Source: an uncultured Bacilli bacterium
GTDB taxonomy: Bacteria > Bacillota_I > Bacilli_A > RF39 > UBA660
Direction of reading: 5' to 3'
Assembly: GCA_949065595.1 (NCBI GenBank)
Contig: CARSXK010000007.1
Location: 16,539 to 33,768, forward strand
Length of the DNA stretch: 17,230 nucleotides
The notes below the pieces were generated by a model that worked only from the letters and a program-made list of their open reading frames with translations, made no database searches and was not told where the DNA came from. The translations under genes and the position numbers were made by a program. Of this stretch, positions 16,329 to 17,230 are shown one piece after another (the first letter of the stretch is position 1; each line of letters starts with the position of its first letter).

Positions 16329-16531
16329 TATAACTGTGGGAACGATACGATTTTCTTTTGTACGATTCTATTTTTTCAATTTTTCTATTAAAAAATGAAA
16401 TTAGTTTTTTCATGTATTCTTATGATTTTTCATCATTACTTATAATAAAAAAAATTTCCTTATTCAAAAAATAGGTTTGAATGTATATTTGAAATAATAA
16501 TGTACATAAGAAATTAGAAAGGATGAATGTT

Positions 16532-16729
16532 ATGGAACAAGTACCTACTATGATTTCAACAAAGGATTTAGCTTATTTAAACGATATTTTTGAATGGAAT
16601 TTCACTGTATGTAAAAAAGCATATCATTTTGCAAAAGAAGTAACCGATTCCGAAATCAAGGACAATTTAATGCAAGTATCAAACATGCATAAAGGAATTT
16701 GTGAACAAATTATTAAAATTTTAGAATAG
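16532..16729 (+). CDS. Small hypothetical protein upstream of the CotF-like gene (possible spore-coat partner)
   Basis: ORF of 65-68 aa. The ATG at 16532 has AAAGGA 8 nt upstream, whereas the ORF-track ATG at 16523 abuts the SD. It lies 9 nt upstream of the next gene. Confidence 0.5.
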   Translation: MEQVPTMISTKDLAYLNDIFEWNFTVCKKAYHFAKEVTDSEIKDNLMQVSNMHKGICEQIIKILE

Positions 16730-16738
16730 GAGAATCAT

Positions 16739-17056
16739 ATGAACGAAAAAATACAAAATCCCAAAACAGAAGTTCCTGCAACCAAAGAAATGAATGACAA
16801 GGATTATTTAAATGCCATATTAGAAAGTGAAAAAAATATGAGCGTCAATATGTGCATTGCGCTGAATGAGGCAAGCAATGAGGATTTATTCAATGAGCTT
16901 TATGAACTCTTTGAAGATATCAAAAAAAGTCAAAGGAATTTATTTGAACTTGCTTTTCGAAAAGGTTGGTATCCCCTTGAAAAAGAAACTCCCAATAAAA
17001 TTTCTGAAAAATACAACATGTTAAAACAGGAATTACAAGAATTAGAAAATGAATAG
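16739..17056 (+). CDS. Coat F domain (spore coat protein F-like) protein
   Basis: NDKDYLNAILESEKNMSVNMCIALNEASNEDLFNELYELFEDIKKSQRNLFELAFRKGWYPLE matches the CotF-domain pattern. AGGAG RBS. Confidence 0.8.
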   Translation: MNEKIQNPKTEVPATKEMNDKDYLNAILESEKNMSVNMCIALNEASNEDLFNELYELFEDIKKSQRNLFELAFRKGWYPLEKETPNKISEKYNMLKQELQELENE

Positions 17057-17061
17057 TCGAT

Positions 17062-17088
17062 AAAAACCAAATCAATTTTGGTTTTTTT
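17062..17088 (+). terminator. Rho-independent terminator after the CotF-like gene
   Basis: AAAACCAAA, loop TCAAT, TTTGGTTTT, followed by a T-run. Confidence 0.7.
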
Positions 17089-17153
17089 ACACATGTTTTT
17101 ATACTAAAGAGACAATGCAAATGTGGAAAGTTTTTTACTATTATTTCATGTAA

Positions 17154-17175
17154 AAAGACAACTAATTGTTGTCTT
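17154..17175 (-). terminator. Terminator hairpin for the partial minus-strand gene at the window edge
   Basis: AAAGACAAC and GTTGTCTTT form a 9-bp stem. On the minus strand it is followed by TTTTTAC. The stop codon lies in the hairpin. Confidence 0.5.
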
Positions 17176-17230
17176 TTAGCACATCTAATGCCTTACGCAT
17201 TTCCAAATCATATTTTACCATATCCAAACC
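17162..17230 (-). CDS. 3' end of an unidentified gene running off the window
   Basis: The minus-strand frame is open from the window edge (GLDMVKYDLEMRKALDVLKDNN*) and is followed by the terminator above. The fragment is too short to name. Confidence 0.3.
   Translation of the reverse strand, partial: GLDMVKYDLEMRKALDVLKDNN

Noticed and set aside
16223-16522. T-box riboswitch leader upstream of proS
   Set aside because: The intergenic region is long and is shared with a divergent gene. I could not find the conserved T-box sequence (GGGTGGTACCGCG-like), a specifier-loop or stem I arrangement, or a terminator followed by a U-run. Only CCCACA/TGTGGG complementarity (16266-16271 and 16335-16340) is present.
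1711-17120. Numerous 60-95-aa ORFs antisense to or nested within the long genes (e.g. 1711-1896, 2410-2655, 3290-3499, 3808-4162, 4196-4387, 5559-6083, 6395-6744, 8240-8464, 9811-10056, 10488-10673, 12120-12326, 13420-13711, 14543-14822, 15168-15512, 16022-16210, 16920-17120)
   Set aside because: All overlap well-supported genes. Their translations are low-complexity and rich in F, L, I and S, as expected from antisense reading of AT-rich coding DNA. None has a convincing RBS.
1-17230. CRISPR arrays, IS elements or transposases, integrases, prophage structural genes
   Set aside because: No regularly spaced direct repeats were seen, and no ORF has a transposase, integrase or phage structural signature. 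The only repeat pair found is the DGR TR/VR.

Overview
AT-rich, Bacillota-like chromosomal window (spore-coat CotF-like genes, lspA-rluD, proS, DUF3048, rhomboid; standard genetic code). The right third (9.7-17.2 kb) is ordinary housekeeping and the left end (0-3.4 kb) holds miscellaneous accessory genes. The centre (3.5-9.4 kb, minus strand) is a complete diversity-generating retroelement (DGR): an Avd-like four-helix-bundle gene, a 74-nt template repeat (TR, 8640-8713), a DGR-type reverse transcriptase, and a 75-nt variable repeat (VR, 7047-7121). TR and VR differ by 9 substitutions, all at TR adenines on the coding strand. The diversified gene is not a phage tail fibre or a C-terminal lectin. 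The VR sits in an N-terminal WW(T/L)R(T/S)...G(A/V)RPAL-type binding module fused to an AAA_5/MoxR-like ATPase. That ATPase is translationally coupled to a 127-aa unknown protein and a VWA plus HExxH metallopeptidase (DUF2201-type) protein. This looks like a DGR-diversified NTPase sensing or conflict system. Both TR and VR carry an in-frame TAA, and the VR has one extra nucleotide, so the target currently reads as two ORFs (7330-7085 and 7134-5221). A tRNA-Arg(CCT) lies directly upstream of the cassette. No CRISPR array, IS element or integrase was seen.
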